Assembly: GCA_043228905.1 (NCBI GenBank)
Contig: JBHGNT010000012.1
Coordinates: 18,538,001-18,602,000 of the forward strand
Origin: Azolla caroliniana
Taxonomy: Eukaryota; Plantae; Polypodiophyta
Length of the DNA stretch: 64,000 nucleotides
Direction: 5' to 3'
Shown: one piece after another, positions 35,302-47,805 of the stretch
How the letters are laid out: every line of letters begins with the position of its first letter
Numbering within the stretch: the stretch's first letter is position 1
Notes under the pieces: model-generated
What the model was told of the DNA's origin: nothing
The model's database searches: none
Seen by the model: the letters and a program-made list of their open reading frames with translations, nothing else
Program-made: the position numbers and the translations under genes

Positions 35302-36151
35302 GTGCATCAGCAACTTATATGAAGGAACCCGAAAAACGTTCGATCAGTTCATTCACACAAGCGTATGGTCTCATATGGGCGGGCAGGCGGGCAAGCAAGC
35401 AAGCATGCGACGGTTGTTGGCCCATAGTGGGGCGGTGATGGGTCTGATTCCGAAGAGAGAGTAGGGAGTGAGTGTAGGGTCAGTGTCTCTCCTCTCCTCT
35501 TGGTCTCTCTCACTTGGATGCACAAAAGCAAGCCTTGTGCTTTTCTGAAGGAGGCCTGGCTTTTTTTTTTTGCGTTTTCTCCTCTCATCTGCATGCATCA
35601 AGAGCAAGCCTTGTGGCTTTTTGGAGGAGGCTTGGCTTTTTCTTTTTGCGTTTTCTAGAAACGCAAAAGCAAGGCTTTTTGTGCTTTTGGAGGAGAAAAC
35701 GCAAAAGCAGGGTTGGGCAAGAGCTTTTTTGCTATATATCTATACAGTATGTATATATATTAAGAGAGAGAAAAGAGAGAGAGAGAGAGAGAGAGAATTA
35801 CGAATAAGCTTTACTTTACTCTTACTTCTCGTAACGAAACGCAGAGGAGAGAGACAGAGACAGAGACAGAGACAGAGAAGAGAGAGAGAGAGAGAGAGAA
35901 GAGAGGAGATATTGACGAATCCGACATGCAAGATAAAGACGAAGAATCGTTAGCCTGTATGATGATGCAGCAGAGCGACCGTTTGGATGATCTGGCCTTG
36001 TACCTCATGGACCATATCCTCTGCAGCTCCAGCCATGGCCGCACGCAGAGTTGGAACGTAACGCTGGCCTCTGATTCTCCTGAACACAATGCGCATCATG
36101 ACCAGGTAAATATGTTCTCCGATCCTAGAAACCATCTTCTCTGCTCTAGCT

Positions 36152-38041
36152 GTGCTGAGCAAGACAAATATGAACCATGACTTTGATTTCAATGCAAAGA
36201 AAGAGGAGTTAATACTAAATGTGGCTCATCAGGGGTATATATCTAATGATGGCGACAGCTACAGCAATGGAGATGGTGATGGCGATGGGGATGGGCATGT
36301 CATGATGATTAGGCTTTCTTTATTGTGGGGCAAATTGGAAGAGGTATATTACAGATCATCAAAAGTGCAGGTTAATGAAGATATAAAAGGGTGTGACGAT
36401 GATGGTATGGTTATCTCCCCACCATTGAAATATATAATACAAGAAGAAGAGCCAAATAATATATTATTCCCACAGAGAAGGGTGGAAAATGTTGTCAAAG
36501 ACAGCAAATCATCATATGTTACTGGTCCACTTTTCATGCAAAAAGAGACGGTTAAATACGGTAATGCAATCACAGACAACGAAGAGAATGTTGTTGTTGA
36601 TGATGATGATGATGATGGCGGTGGTATATTGCTTTATGGATTGTTTGCAGAACAGGAAAAACAAGAGGAATGCTCTTGGAGAGTTGAACATGATGTTGAT
36701 GAACACAGCGACAGTATGTTAAAATATAATCATATATCCGTCAAATGTTATGATGGTGGCAGCGGCATGCTTTATGGCTTGTTTACAGACAAAGAAGAAC
36801 AGGAGTGCATGACTAGCAATGTTGAGCCTGATAATCATGCAGATCATGATGACAGCATAATATGCCATGATCGTGAATTCATCACGTATCGTCGCCATGG
36901 TGAGAAAGAGACAACAAGGAGTGCAATGGAAGAAGAAGAAGAAAGCAGCTGCACAGTTGAAGCTGAAGAAGACAATAATGATGACACATGTACCATAACT
37001 TATTATCATCGTAGATTTGAATGTGATGATGATGATGGGGAATGGAGTGCAATTGAAGAAGAAGAAAGTGGTACATGCGCAGTCAAAGATAAAGAAGACC
37101 ATATTTGCAGCATTGACGATGAGAAAGAACAAGAAATTGATGCTGATGATGATGATGATGATGAATATGATATTATTGATGCCTATGAAAATGACAACAA
37201 TAAAAAGGATGCAGAATGTATTGACAACCATTGTTGCAAAATGGCAGTGAGCTATATTGATCACTTATTGGCAGAAGGCACATTAGAAGATGGTGAAAAG
37301 GAGCAAGAGGATGATGGCATTGCAATTGCAATTGACGCTTATGATAGTAGCGATGAAGAGGATGATGACATTGCGATTGCAATTGATGCTTATGATGGTG
37401 GCGATGAAGAGGATGTGGAAGATATTAACAACCATTGTTGTATTAATACAATGAGAAACCATATTGGTCACTTGTTAGCAGAAGAAAGTTTCGATGATGT
37501 TGAGAATAACAAACAATCGTGTTATGAATTAAGGAAACCTCATCACGAAGAGGAGCAACTAAAGAAAGAAAGTTTCGATGATGTTGAGAATAACAAACAA
37601 TCATGTTATGCATTAAGGAAACATCATCGTGAACAAAAGGAGCAACTAAAAAAAGAGGTTGATGAAGTTTTTTGTAAGAGTACAGATATTTCACAGGGGA
37701 TGGTAACACAATTACCAAGAGATGAGTTGTTAGTAACTGATGAATATCCAACTACAGAAGAAGCTGATCGTCATCAAATGTTAGCACAATATAGTATTTC
37801 ACATCAGCATGGTCTGAAAACTGCTATGGAACCTGGAGTAGACTTTATTGACAATAGTGCTCATGTGGAACATGACTATGTTTTTGTGACTGACACTGAT
37901 GCTCTTTGTCAACAGCAACATGAAGGATTTGCCAGCATTGAAGGGATTTGGAGTGATACTTCTAGAGAAGAATGCATTAGAGTGAAGCCTAAGACCAAGT
38001 ATAAGGATGCATTCCTTCATGTGAAAAAAAAACTGTTTTGA
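36152..38041 (+). CDS. Orphan D/E-rich, internally repetitive protein (~630 aa; a possible upstream exon at 35926-36105)
   Basis: 1.9-kb open frame in AT-rich DNA with in-frame internal duplications; preceded by a (GA)n-rich promoter-like region; no recognisable domain. Confidence 0.6.
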   Translation: MLSKTNMNHDFDFNAKKEELILNVAHQGYISNDGDSYSNGDGDGDGDGHVMMIRLSLLWGKLEEVYYRSSKVQVNEDIKGCDDDGMVISPPLKYIIQEEEPNNILFPQRRVENVVKDSKSSYVTGPLFMQKETVKYGNAITDNEENVVVDDDDDDGGGILLYGLFAEQEKQEECSWRVEHDVDEHSDSMLKYNHISVKCYDGGSGMLYGLFTDKEEQECMTSNVEPDNHADHDDSIICHDREFITYRRHGEKETTRSAMEEEEESSCTVEAEEDNNDDTCTITYYHRRFECDDDDGEWSAIEEEESGTCAVKDKEDHICSIDDEKEQEIDADDDDDDEYDIIDAYENDNNKKDAECIDNHCCKMAVSYIDHLLAEGTLEDGEKEQEDDGIAIAIDAYDSSDEEDDDIAIAIDAYDGGDEEDVEDINNHCCINTMRNHIGHLLAEESFDDVENNKQSCYELRKPHHEEEQLKKESFDDVENNKQSCYALRKHHREQKEQLKKEVDEVFCKSTDISQGMVTQLPRDELLVTDEYPTTEEADRHQMLAQYSISHQHGLKTAMEPGVDFIDNSAHVEHDYVFVTDTDALCQQQHEGFASIEGIWSDTSREECIRVKPKTKYKDAFLHVKKKLF

Positions 38042-38324
38042 TCGCATTGAAGGAGTTTGTTCTAGTTTTTCATACCTTAGGTAGTTGTTTATAGTGGGAG
38101 AACTGAATGTTTGTAAGTACATGTCTATACTTTTTTCTACTATTTTTGTCAAATTCTTTGTGACATGAATATCAAGAAAGCTGGTTCTTTTGAAATGTGT
38201 TAAGGCTCTTTGTTACTTGAAATGTGTAGCATATTGAAATTACACCTTCGAAAAAATGTGAGGTTTATAAATTGATGATTAGAATGAAAGAGTATGTATT
38301 GTTAATCATACATACATTGTGCCC

Positions 38325-41300
38325 TGTTAGGTGTAAAGGCCCGTAGTTCACAAATTAGGTTACAATTATTCATACATGTGAACACATTGTTCACCTAACT
38401 ACAAATTAGGTAATTATTCATACATGTGAACACATTGTTCACCTGGACATGACACCTCCTTTTCTAATGTGAACACGCCTATTTTTCTTTAAGGGTTAAC
38501 TAATATAATAACCTTTTTTCTTGTGTACCAATCAAGGCAGTTGGGTGCACAAAAATTTGTGTGTCTCTACTCTCATCTCTACTACAATCCTATTTGTTGA
38601 ACATCATCCCTCAATAGTTGCTCCCGCAAACATCCTTGATTACCTTTAACTGGTATCAGAGCCAAATCTCTTTCCTTTGCTTTGTTGTTTTTTTTGAGAT
38701 TCAGAATCAACAAAAAACGCTTCAATGTTTCTTTCAGACCCTTTCCTATCTGTATTCTGCTCAATTTTTGAAGAAATTTGTCATAAATCTTGGGAGCAAT
38801 GGCCTCCACTTCAACTGAAGTGAAAAACCTCTTTGAAATCAAGAGATTTGATGGAAAAGGTTTTGAATTGTGGAAAGAGCGTATGTTGGGCATCCTCTTT
38901 TTGAGAGATTGTGAAGATGCTCTCGTGGAAAAGAAAATGATGTTTGGAACACTCTAAATAAGAAAGTCATTACATATATTAAAATGGTTGTTTCTGATGA
39001 GATTCTTGTAGATATAAAGGGCTTGATTACTGCCCATCAAGTCTCGGAGAAACTTAAATTGACAATTTACAAGAATACTACTCCTGTGAATCAAGTGCAT
39101 TTGATGAGAAACTTGTCACTATGAGGCTTGATGAGTCGAAAGGTGCAACATAGTATCTATCGTTATTCACAGGTACTCTCTCCCAACTACAAGATTCAGG
39201 ATTACCAGCTTTTGATGACAAGCTCAAAGCTATCTTCCTACTTATGACTTTACCCGATTCTTGGGAAACATTAGTTGTTTCATTGTCTAATAGCCCCAAC
39301 TTGACCTTCGATGGTGTGCGGGGCTCTATTCTCAATGAAGAGATCAAAAAAAAATGTAGCAAAGAAGGTAGTGGTTCAACATACAATATTAGGGGGAGAT
39401 GTGATAACAAGATCCCAAATGTAGGACAAAGAAATAGAAGTAAGAGTTGAGGGAAAGGAAAGCAACAAGATATCACATGCTATCAATGTGGCCGTAAAGG
39501 TCATAAGAAACCTGAATGTAGATATTTAAAGATAGAACTAGAAAGGAAGAAGAATTTAGGAGAGAAGAAAAACAAAGATGATAAGTTTAATACAATAGAG
39601 AAAGCCAATAGGGCTTCAAATGTTATCATTGAAGACCTATCTAGTGAAGATGGTGATGTACTTTGTATTATAGGTGATGCCTTCATAGCTCATGAGCAAG
39701 ACATGCAAATCACCAAAACAGATGTTATTAATGCTTTATTGTAAATCGATGATGGATTGACATAGACATGGATAGTAGACTCTGGGGCTTCTTTTCATAT
39801 TACTCCATGTTTGGAGTGCTTTACCACATTTGATGCAGGCAGTTATGGAAAAGTTTAACTTGGTAACAATAGTGCTTGCAATATTGATGGTATTGGCACC
39901 ATACACTTGTCTTTGGATAATGGTCAAGAGCTCGTGCTCAAAGATGTCAGGTATGTACCTGGGATTAAGAAAAGTTTGTCATTTGTAGGACAGATGGATT
40001 TGCATTGTTACACCACATTATTCGGTTGTGGATTGTGGAAACTTAAGAAAGGATGTATGGTTATTGTGAAAGGTTGCAAAAAGGGCACTCTCTACTATTT
40101 GCATGTAAAGCTTTACCTGGAAGGTTTCTTGCTATTGCTGAATTTGATTCTCGTTTAGAGCTTTGGCATAAGAGATTAGGACATATGAGCCAAAAAGGAC
40201 TTGAAGTCCTTTTTGCTCTAAAAAGACTTGACGTTAAAGGTTCAAAGCTAGTTTTTTTAACGATTGTCTATTTGGCAAACAAGTGAGAAATTCTTATTAT
40301 TCTGGTGTCTCTTGTAAACCAAATGTGCTAGATTTGGTGCATTCTGATGTATGTAGCATGCCCGTAAAATCTTTGGGGGGTGTTGCATATTTTATTTCCT
40401 TTATCGATGATTATTCTAGGAAGATTTGGGTGTACTTGATGAAAAAAAAAAGTTGATGCATTTAAATCCTTTCATGCATTTGTGACTACCTAAAAAGGGA
40501 CAAAATTGAAATGTCTTAGAACAGATAATGGGGGTGATTTTACATCTGCAGAATTTAAGTCCTTTTGTGACTTACATGATATTAAAAGAGAGCTTACAGC
40601 TCCATATAACCCTTCATCAAATGCGGTGGCAAAAAGGTATAATAGGGCATTGTGTGAGCGAGTACGGTGCATGTTGTCCACAACTAATCTCCCTCATGAA
40701 TTTTGGGAAGAAGCATAAAAACCGCGGTTCATATATGTAATTGGTCTCCCAACAAGTCCTTAAAGAATGAAATTTTTGAGGAGGTTTGGTCTGGCAAACC
40801 AGCCTCATATGACCATTTACGAATTTTCCGTTGTGATGCATTTGTACACATTAGAAGTGAGTTGAGAAACAAGCTCGATGTTAAGTCCACCATGGGCATT
40901 TTTATGGGCTATGGTGATGAAGGTGAAATGGGCTATAGGATTTGGTTACCTCAGCTCAGAAAAATTGTACGCAACCGGGATGTTGCTTTTAATGAAGAAA
41001 ATTTGCTAAAAAATGCTTGTTCCTCTGTTGGGAACTCTAAGAGCGTTACATTTTAGCAATTACAGCCATCCACAAAATCTGAAAATAAACCTCATGATGT
41101 TATACCAAAGGTTGAATATGATGATCAACCGGTTATCCTTGAGCTAGAAGAAGTTGGACAACAAAGAAATGCTCATGAAGGTGTTGGACAATGAGATGAA
41201 GGTACTGAACAACAAAATATAGATGTTGAACAACATGCTATACATGGTTTGCAACAGCCAGAAAGTGCTAAAATTGATTTTTCTTGGGTACGTAGGTCTA

Positions 41301-43263
41301 ATCGTTTAAGGAGGCAGGTATATAGGTTTGACTCCTCTTTGCATTATTTCATGTTATCAGATGAGGGCGAACCTCTTATTTATAAGGAGGCAATGTCTTG
41401 TGAACTTAGCAATAAGTGGGAGCTTGCAATGCAAGAAGAATAAAATCTTTGTATGCAAATGATACTTGGGATCTTGTGCCCTTACTTGAAGGAAGGAAAG
41501 CTCTTCCGAATAAGTGGGTTTATAAGGTAAAGAAATTTGAAGGGAAACCAAAATACAAGGCAAGATTAGTTGCCAAGGGTTATGCACAAAAGGACGGTAT
41601 TGACTTCCAAGAGGTCTTCTCTCCTGTTGTGAATATGACCACACTTCGTGTGCTATTTGCTCTCACTTCAATGCTTAATTTGGAGTTGTACCAAATGGAT
41701 GTAAAGACCGTTTTTTTGCATGGTGATATTGATAAAGAGATCTACATGAAACAACATGAGGGTTTTGTAGTCCCTAACAAGGAGCATTTAGTATGCAAAC
41801 TAAAACATAGCTTGTATGGCCTAAAACAAGCACCACGACAGTGGTATAAGAAGTTTGATACGTTTATGCTTTCTCAAGGTTTTGATCGTAGCTATGGAGA
41901 TCATTGTTTATACACAAAAAGGATATCGATGACCATCCCATCGTACTTGTTCTATATGTGGATCATGGATGATATGTTGCTAGCTGGGAAAAGAAAGACT
42001 AGTGTTGATGCTCTAAAAGATCAACTAAAATCGGTCTTCTCTATGAAAGATTTGGGAAATGCATATTTTGGGCATGAGAATCAGTAGAAACAGAAAGGAC
42101 AAATTGTTGTTTTTGTCACAAGAAAAGTACATTGAAAAAGTGCTTAACATATTTAATATGGCAGAAGCAAAGTCTCTTGGAGTTCCTTTGCCGTCATATC
42201 TTAAACTTAGCAAGGTTGATTGTCCAAAGGATGAGATGGAAGTCAATGCTATGGAAGGAATTCCTTATGCATCTACATGTGGTTCTCTAATGTATGCTAT
42301 GGTAGCTACTCGTCCAGATATTGCTTATGCAATGGGAGTTGTCAGTCGTTATATGTCTAATCTCAGCTAAGCACATTGGGAGGCAGTCGAGTGTGTTTTC
42401 AGGTATCTTAAAGGTACACAGAAAAAATGTTTATGCTATGGGAAGGGTGCATTAAGTGGGTATATATTTACAGTTGTTGGTGGAGCTGTGTCTTGGTGCT
42501 CCAAATTGCAAAAGATTATAGCACTGAGTACTACTGAAGCTTAATATATTTCAAGTACAGAAGCTTCAAAGGAAGCTATATGGCTCAACAAACTTGTTGA
42601 AGATCTTGGCATGTCTGTTAGTACTCCTGTGTTAGGATGTGATAGCTAGAATCTTGCTAAGAATGCCATGTTTCATTCGCTCACCAAACACATTGATGTG
42701 CGACATCACTTTATTAGACAAGATTTGGAGGATAGTCTAGTCACATCGACCAAGATCAAAACACAGGATAATCTTGTAGATATTCTCACTAAAAGTCTTG
42801 GCAAAGTTCAACATGAGCATTGCATACACTTAGTGGGAGTTACTTGAATGTTCACATCGGACCTTTAAGTGGGAGGTTGTTAGGTGTAAAGGCCCATAGT
42901 TCACAAATTAGGTAATTATTCGTACATGTGAACACATTGCTCACCTGGACATGACACCTCCTTTTGTAATGTGAACACACCTCTCTTTTTTAAGGGTTAA
43001 CTAATATAATAAACTCTTTTTTTGTGTACCAATCAAGGACATGTGAACACATTGTTCACCTGGACAAGACACCTCCTTTTGTAATGTGAACACACCTCTC
43101 TTTTTTAAGGGTTAACTAATATAATAACCTTTCTTCTTGTGTACCAATCAAGGCGGTTGGGTAAACCAAATATCTGTGTGTCTACTCTCATCTCTACTAC
43201 AATCCCATTTGCTAAACATCATCCCTCAATATCTGCTCCCACAAACATGCATGTTTACCTTAA
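38325..43263 (+). mobile_element. Full-length, degenerate Ty1/copia retrotransposon with LTRs (38325-~38648, 42878-43263) and 5-bp TSD TGCCC
   Basis: PBS TGGTATCAGAGC at 38651. Gag with CYQCGRKGH knuckle, protease WIVDSGAS, integrase (LWHKRLGHMS, LRTDNGG), RT (YKARLVAKG, LYGLKQAPRQWY), RNase H. PPT AAGTGGGAGG. TGCCC at 38320-38324 and 43264-43268. Many stops and frameshifts. Confidence 0.95.
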
Positions 43264-44419
43264 TGCCCTTCTATAGTTGTAAAGAAAACAAGCGGAGAAT
43301 ATCTCCAAACATTGCATGAAGCATCTACATTGGAGCTATTTTTCCATGTTTCTGAAATTATATTGAAATGTAAAATATGTTTCATTATGAAATCAGCCTT
43401 TCTGATACTTTACCTTACTTAGAAAGGCTACTCCATACGCTCATGTACTTCACCTTGCTAAATGATAATTCATCTTAGACACGCTAAAAGATAACCACTG
43501 TTACTATCCTTGTCAGGGCACATTTAGATATCACATTTTCAAGATAGATATTTCTCTCAGTTGTCTATAGGTTTCCTTCTAGTCATTATACCAACACCGT
43601 TTCCCATAACTGTTCCAAACTTGTTTTTGGGATGAAAGTTAGCTGCACTATCCATAAAGCAAAATACAAAATAATAATGTCCTATGGCTAGAACCCGTTT
43701 CACATTAATAGTATACCTGAATGGTCATGGATGTTTCTATTTGGACACCTCGAGTAAGCTACTGAATCTACATCCTTCATTTCATGGCAAGATTAGGTCA
43801 AAGGTGGAGATGACCCTTCTCTGTAGGGGCCTGACTCCTGAGCCCTTTGTGAGATAACACTCTGGAATCACCATATAGCAAACTGCAAATTTTTATAAAT
43901 CATATAAATACAGAAACATTCACATTTTTTTCATATCTTAGATCTTGTGATGAGGCAGATCGAATTCCCGATTTAAAGCTGATAAATAATTAGAAACTAA
44001 CAAGATCTGAGAGGGTCCATTAAATTTCCTGATTTTTGACGTTCATAGATTTTGCATTATTCCATTGATGTATATCGGTAATATGCATAGCAGCAACATG
44101 ATAAATAAACATGCAGATAAAAATAACACTACAACCGATAGGTCATTACTCTCAAAATACCAACCACAAAAATATTAGTACAGAGCACAATATATCTTCA
44201 CTAGAATGTGTGGAAATGAAATTTGACGGGCAATTATCTCCACAAAGGTCTGAGGCTTAGAAAAGACAACCACTATGTTTGTTTAAGGATTAGCTGGTTT
44301 CCATTCCAAAATAGCTTGCGTTAAAATTGACTATAGACAGAAATGGGAAAACAGCAACATTCATCAGCTTCAACTTTGTATGCATCATAATCTTCTACCC
44401 TTTTGAGTGTGAAAAAGGG

Positions 44420-46840
44420 TTATGCGGCTAAAAGTGCTTCAATTTGAGCGATACTATCTTCTTCCTTCTTGGGGGTTGGGCTTCGGTTCAGTTCCTCAAA
44501 CCTATCATGCGTCCACTTCTCAGTTGTTACAGTTGCAATGCTATCACTGTTCCTCCTGGTCGAATCAAATCGCCGATTCCCATCACCCAAATACCTCCCA
44601 TTACCCCGCTTTGGTTGGTATCTATCAGAATCCATCCATCGACCTCTTTCCAAATCTTCCCCTCTTTGCTGATACCTTTCCCTCTCCCTGCGTGCTAAGT
44701 TCATGTCCGGATACTTCTTTTCAGCCCTCTTTTCAGGATTATCACCTTTCTGTTCTTCCATATTCTCTGATCTTATAGGCGGCTTTTCAGTGAATGTACG
44801 CCTACCAGTATGCCTTGTTCGTTCAGAAGGAGACTGCCTTCTCTTCCTCTCTGGGTCTTCAGCTTGGATTTCTAGAAATTTATCATGACCCCATGAATCA
44901 TCAGGCTTTGTTTGTAGCGAAACCTGTGATGATTCATGTCTGGTACTTTTCCTGTCCTGGGTAGGACTGCTGTCTCTCTGGGTATCATTGTTGCGGGATT
45001 TCATCCATCTGTCATCTACCAAATGAAATCTCAGAGCGGTCAGGCAGAGTCACAAGCTTCTCAATACACCCAAGAAGAAACAATAAAGAATGTGAATTGA
45101 CCCACATACGCATAATCTGCAATCATCATCTATAATGAATGCTAGTATAGAGATATTTTTATGTTACCCTGTCCTAATAAGAAATGTCCATGCCTGTCTT
45201 GGCATACTGCTGATTTGAGCAGCTCTACACTATGGCTTGTAAGAAACAAACGGATATCTGATAACCTAAGTAAAAACTGGGAGTATAAACAAAGATGGAC
45301 GCGTCTTCATAACCAAACAGAGAGTCCAATCTCACAACAGAACTTTGAAGATTTATTTGCTTGTGTGTCTTTCATCATTCTCACCACTAAAACATAATAC
45401 TTTATATGTCTTGTTTCCCAAAACTTGCTTAGAACAAGAAATTACCAGGAGCTCTTCTTTTGGTGCTTCTTCCACTCCTGTCATCATGCTGTAAAAATAA
45501 TATTGAAGTCAGAGAGTATTTCACTTCTATAGAACCAACCACAAAATAAGTGGAGGCATCTTGTATTTCATATTGAAAATCAAAATGAAATGAGACTTTA
45601 CACTTCCTCCACTTTTGAATTGTCCGTTCTCATTGAGCTCAAATTAGGGCACACATATTATCTTTTAGTAGAAGTCCCAGGCCATTCATTTAAAGACTCA
45701 TCTTTTCACAAGTAAACGGAGTGTAACCAAATTAATTTTAATTATTTATGCATAGATCTGAACCCATGAAGATCAAATCAATTCTGTGACATTTAAAACA
45801 TTGGAAATTTGTGAATCAATTTTCTTTCCAAGAAAGAGGATATCATAAAAATCCAAAAAAAGGAATGTAACCTGAAAATAGGAGCTGGATCTGGGTACAT
45901 GCGTTGGATTCACTGGCACAGAATTTATATTTGAATCCAAAGGCTCCTTTTTTTCAGTGTGTCTTCCCTGAGCACGGCCACGAGGATTCTCTTCCAAAGG
46001 CAGAGGATCTTGCAAACGTCTCTTGCGAAATCTGTCATTTTCGGAGGGGATCAAGGGGGGGTCAACTTCGGGAATATGCCTTTCAGTCGCAGGTTTTCGA
46101 TCTCGTTTCGCATGCTTTGGACTGTAATTGTAAGGAGTATTAGGGTTTTCTTGGCCATTTCAGAAGGTCAGGGCTTCATTTTTACCATTCAAAACATTAA
46201 TGTTCTCTTTCGCATTAAAAACGGTAGAAATTTATTTGTTCCACGCAAAACTTTTTATGTTTCTCTACAGGATTCAAGAGGTAAGGGCTGTCTTGAGGAC
46301 TCGAAACGTTAAGGTTCTCACTAGCATTCCTGTTTTTTTACCATGCAAAAGGTCAGGGTTTCCCATAGCATTAGAAATAGAGGTATTTTCTTCCGCGCTT
46401 CACGATTACAGTTTTTCTAGAACACTCAGAAGATTGGAATTCTTTTGAGCATTCCAAAGATCAGAGTTATACAGAGCACTCAAAAAAAAAAATCATGGAT
46501 TTCTTGAGCATTCCCAAAGATCAGAGTTATACAGAGCACTCAAAAAAATCATCATGGATTTCTTGAGCATTCAATTAAGGAGTGGTTTCGCTGGCATCAA
46601 ATACACGACTTCTTCCTTCAGCATTCAAAAAATTTAGGGGTCTTCGGTGAGGAAATCGGGTTAATCCGTGCCCGTAAAAAGGAAGGAATTTAGAAAACGA
46701 CGGGGTTTTGCAGGAGAAGCGAAGAACAGAGAAACAAAAGGAGAGAAAGAATACCTGTCATCACTGTCACCGGCCCCCGAAGGAGGAGGAGGGGGGAGAG
46801 GTTTGGAGGAAGAGTGGCGTCGCTTCTCCTTACTCTCCAT
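44420..46840 (-). CDS. Arg/Asp/Ser-rich nuclear protein with Btz-like WxHD(K/R)F motifs; exons 46840-46755, 46121-45872, 45488-45446, 45015-44420
   Basis: VPRSSSYFQ|HDDR, SWGHDKF and EKWTHDRFEELNRSPTPKKEEDSIAQIEALLAA resemble a conserved plant family; GT-AG sites are phase-consistent. Confidence 0.8.
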
Positions 46841-46879
46841 ATCGCCCAAGCACGAGCAGAAGAATCCTCTGTTTCTTGT

Positions 46880-46885
46880 CGAGAG

Positions 46886-46952
<67 letters not shown>

Positions 46953-46955
46953 TGA

Positions 46956-47006
<51 letters not shown>

Positions 47007-47110
47007 TGAGAGAGAGTGTGTGTGTGTGTGTGTGCAAAGAGAAAGAGAGAGAGAGAGAGAGATGTGTGTGAACAAAGAGAGAGAGAGAGTGTGTGTGTGT
47101 GTGTGTGCAA

Positions 47111-47141
<31 letters not shown>

Positions 47142-47229
47142 TGTGTGTGTGAACAAAGAGAGAGAGAGAGAGTGTGTGTATGTGTGTGTGTGTGTGTGTG
47201 AACAAAGAGAGAGAGAGAGAGAGAGAGGG

Positions 47230-47279
<50 letters not shown>

Positions 47280-47297
47280 GGTGTGAGTGTGTGTGTA
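46880..47297. repeat. Compound alternating (GA)n/(GT)n microsatellite upstream of the Btz-like gene
   Basis: Directly visible, with recurrent gaacaaa/gcaaa linkers giving a higher-order period. Confidence 0.95.
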
Positions 47298-47459
47298 GGA
47301 AGAGGCTTTTGCCCTATGTGTCCAAAAAAACACACTATGTTTATTATTGACTTTAACTCAATAGAGAGAGACAAACCCTACTTGGAGAGTGGAGAGTGCC
47401 AATGAGGTCCCAAGTGGGCTCGAGCCCTAGACCTCCACACCTTTTATCGATCAATTGAG

Positions 47460-47805
47460 CATATCCTTCGCCCGTTGCTTCGGGACGGGTTCAATTAAAG
47501 TATATATTAACCCTTCGGGTGCAAAAAACCGCATCACTATTTGTCCACATACTTCTTGTTTTTGGCATCGAGTTCGTCGAACTATCGTCGGTAGCTTCGG
47601 AACAGGTTAAATTAAAGGATATATGAACCCTTCGACTGCTAATTCCCCACCACTATTGTCCACATACTTCTTCTTTTTTCCATCGACTTTGTTGAACTAT
47701 CATCGGTAGCTTTGGAACGGGTTAAATTAAAGGATATATGAATCCTTTGATTGCAAATTTCGCATCATTATCGTCCACATACTTTCTTCTTTTTACCATC
47801 ACATC
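47460..47805. repeat. ~120-bp degenerate tandem repeat, about 3 units
   Basis: gcttcgg.acgggtt.aattaaag.atatat.aaccctt....gtccacatacttctt recurs. Confidence 0.75.

Noticed and set aside
46661-47374. Multiple long HT/SL/ER/CV-repeat ORFs
   Set aside because: These are stop-free frames produced by (GA)n/(GT)n microsatellites. Only the MESKEK.. part is a real exon.
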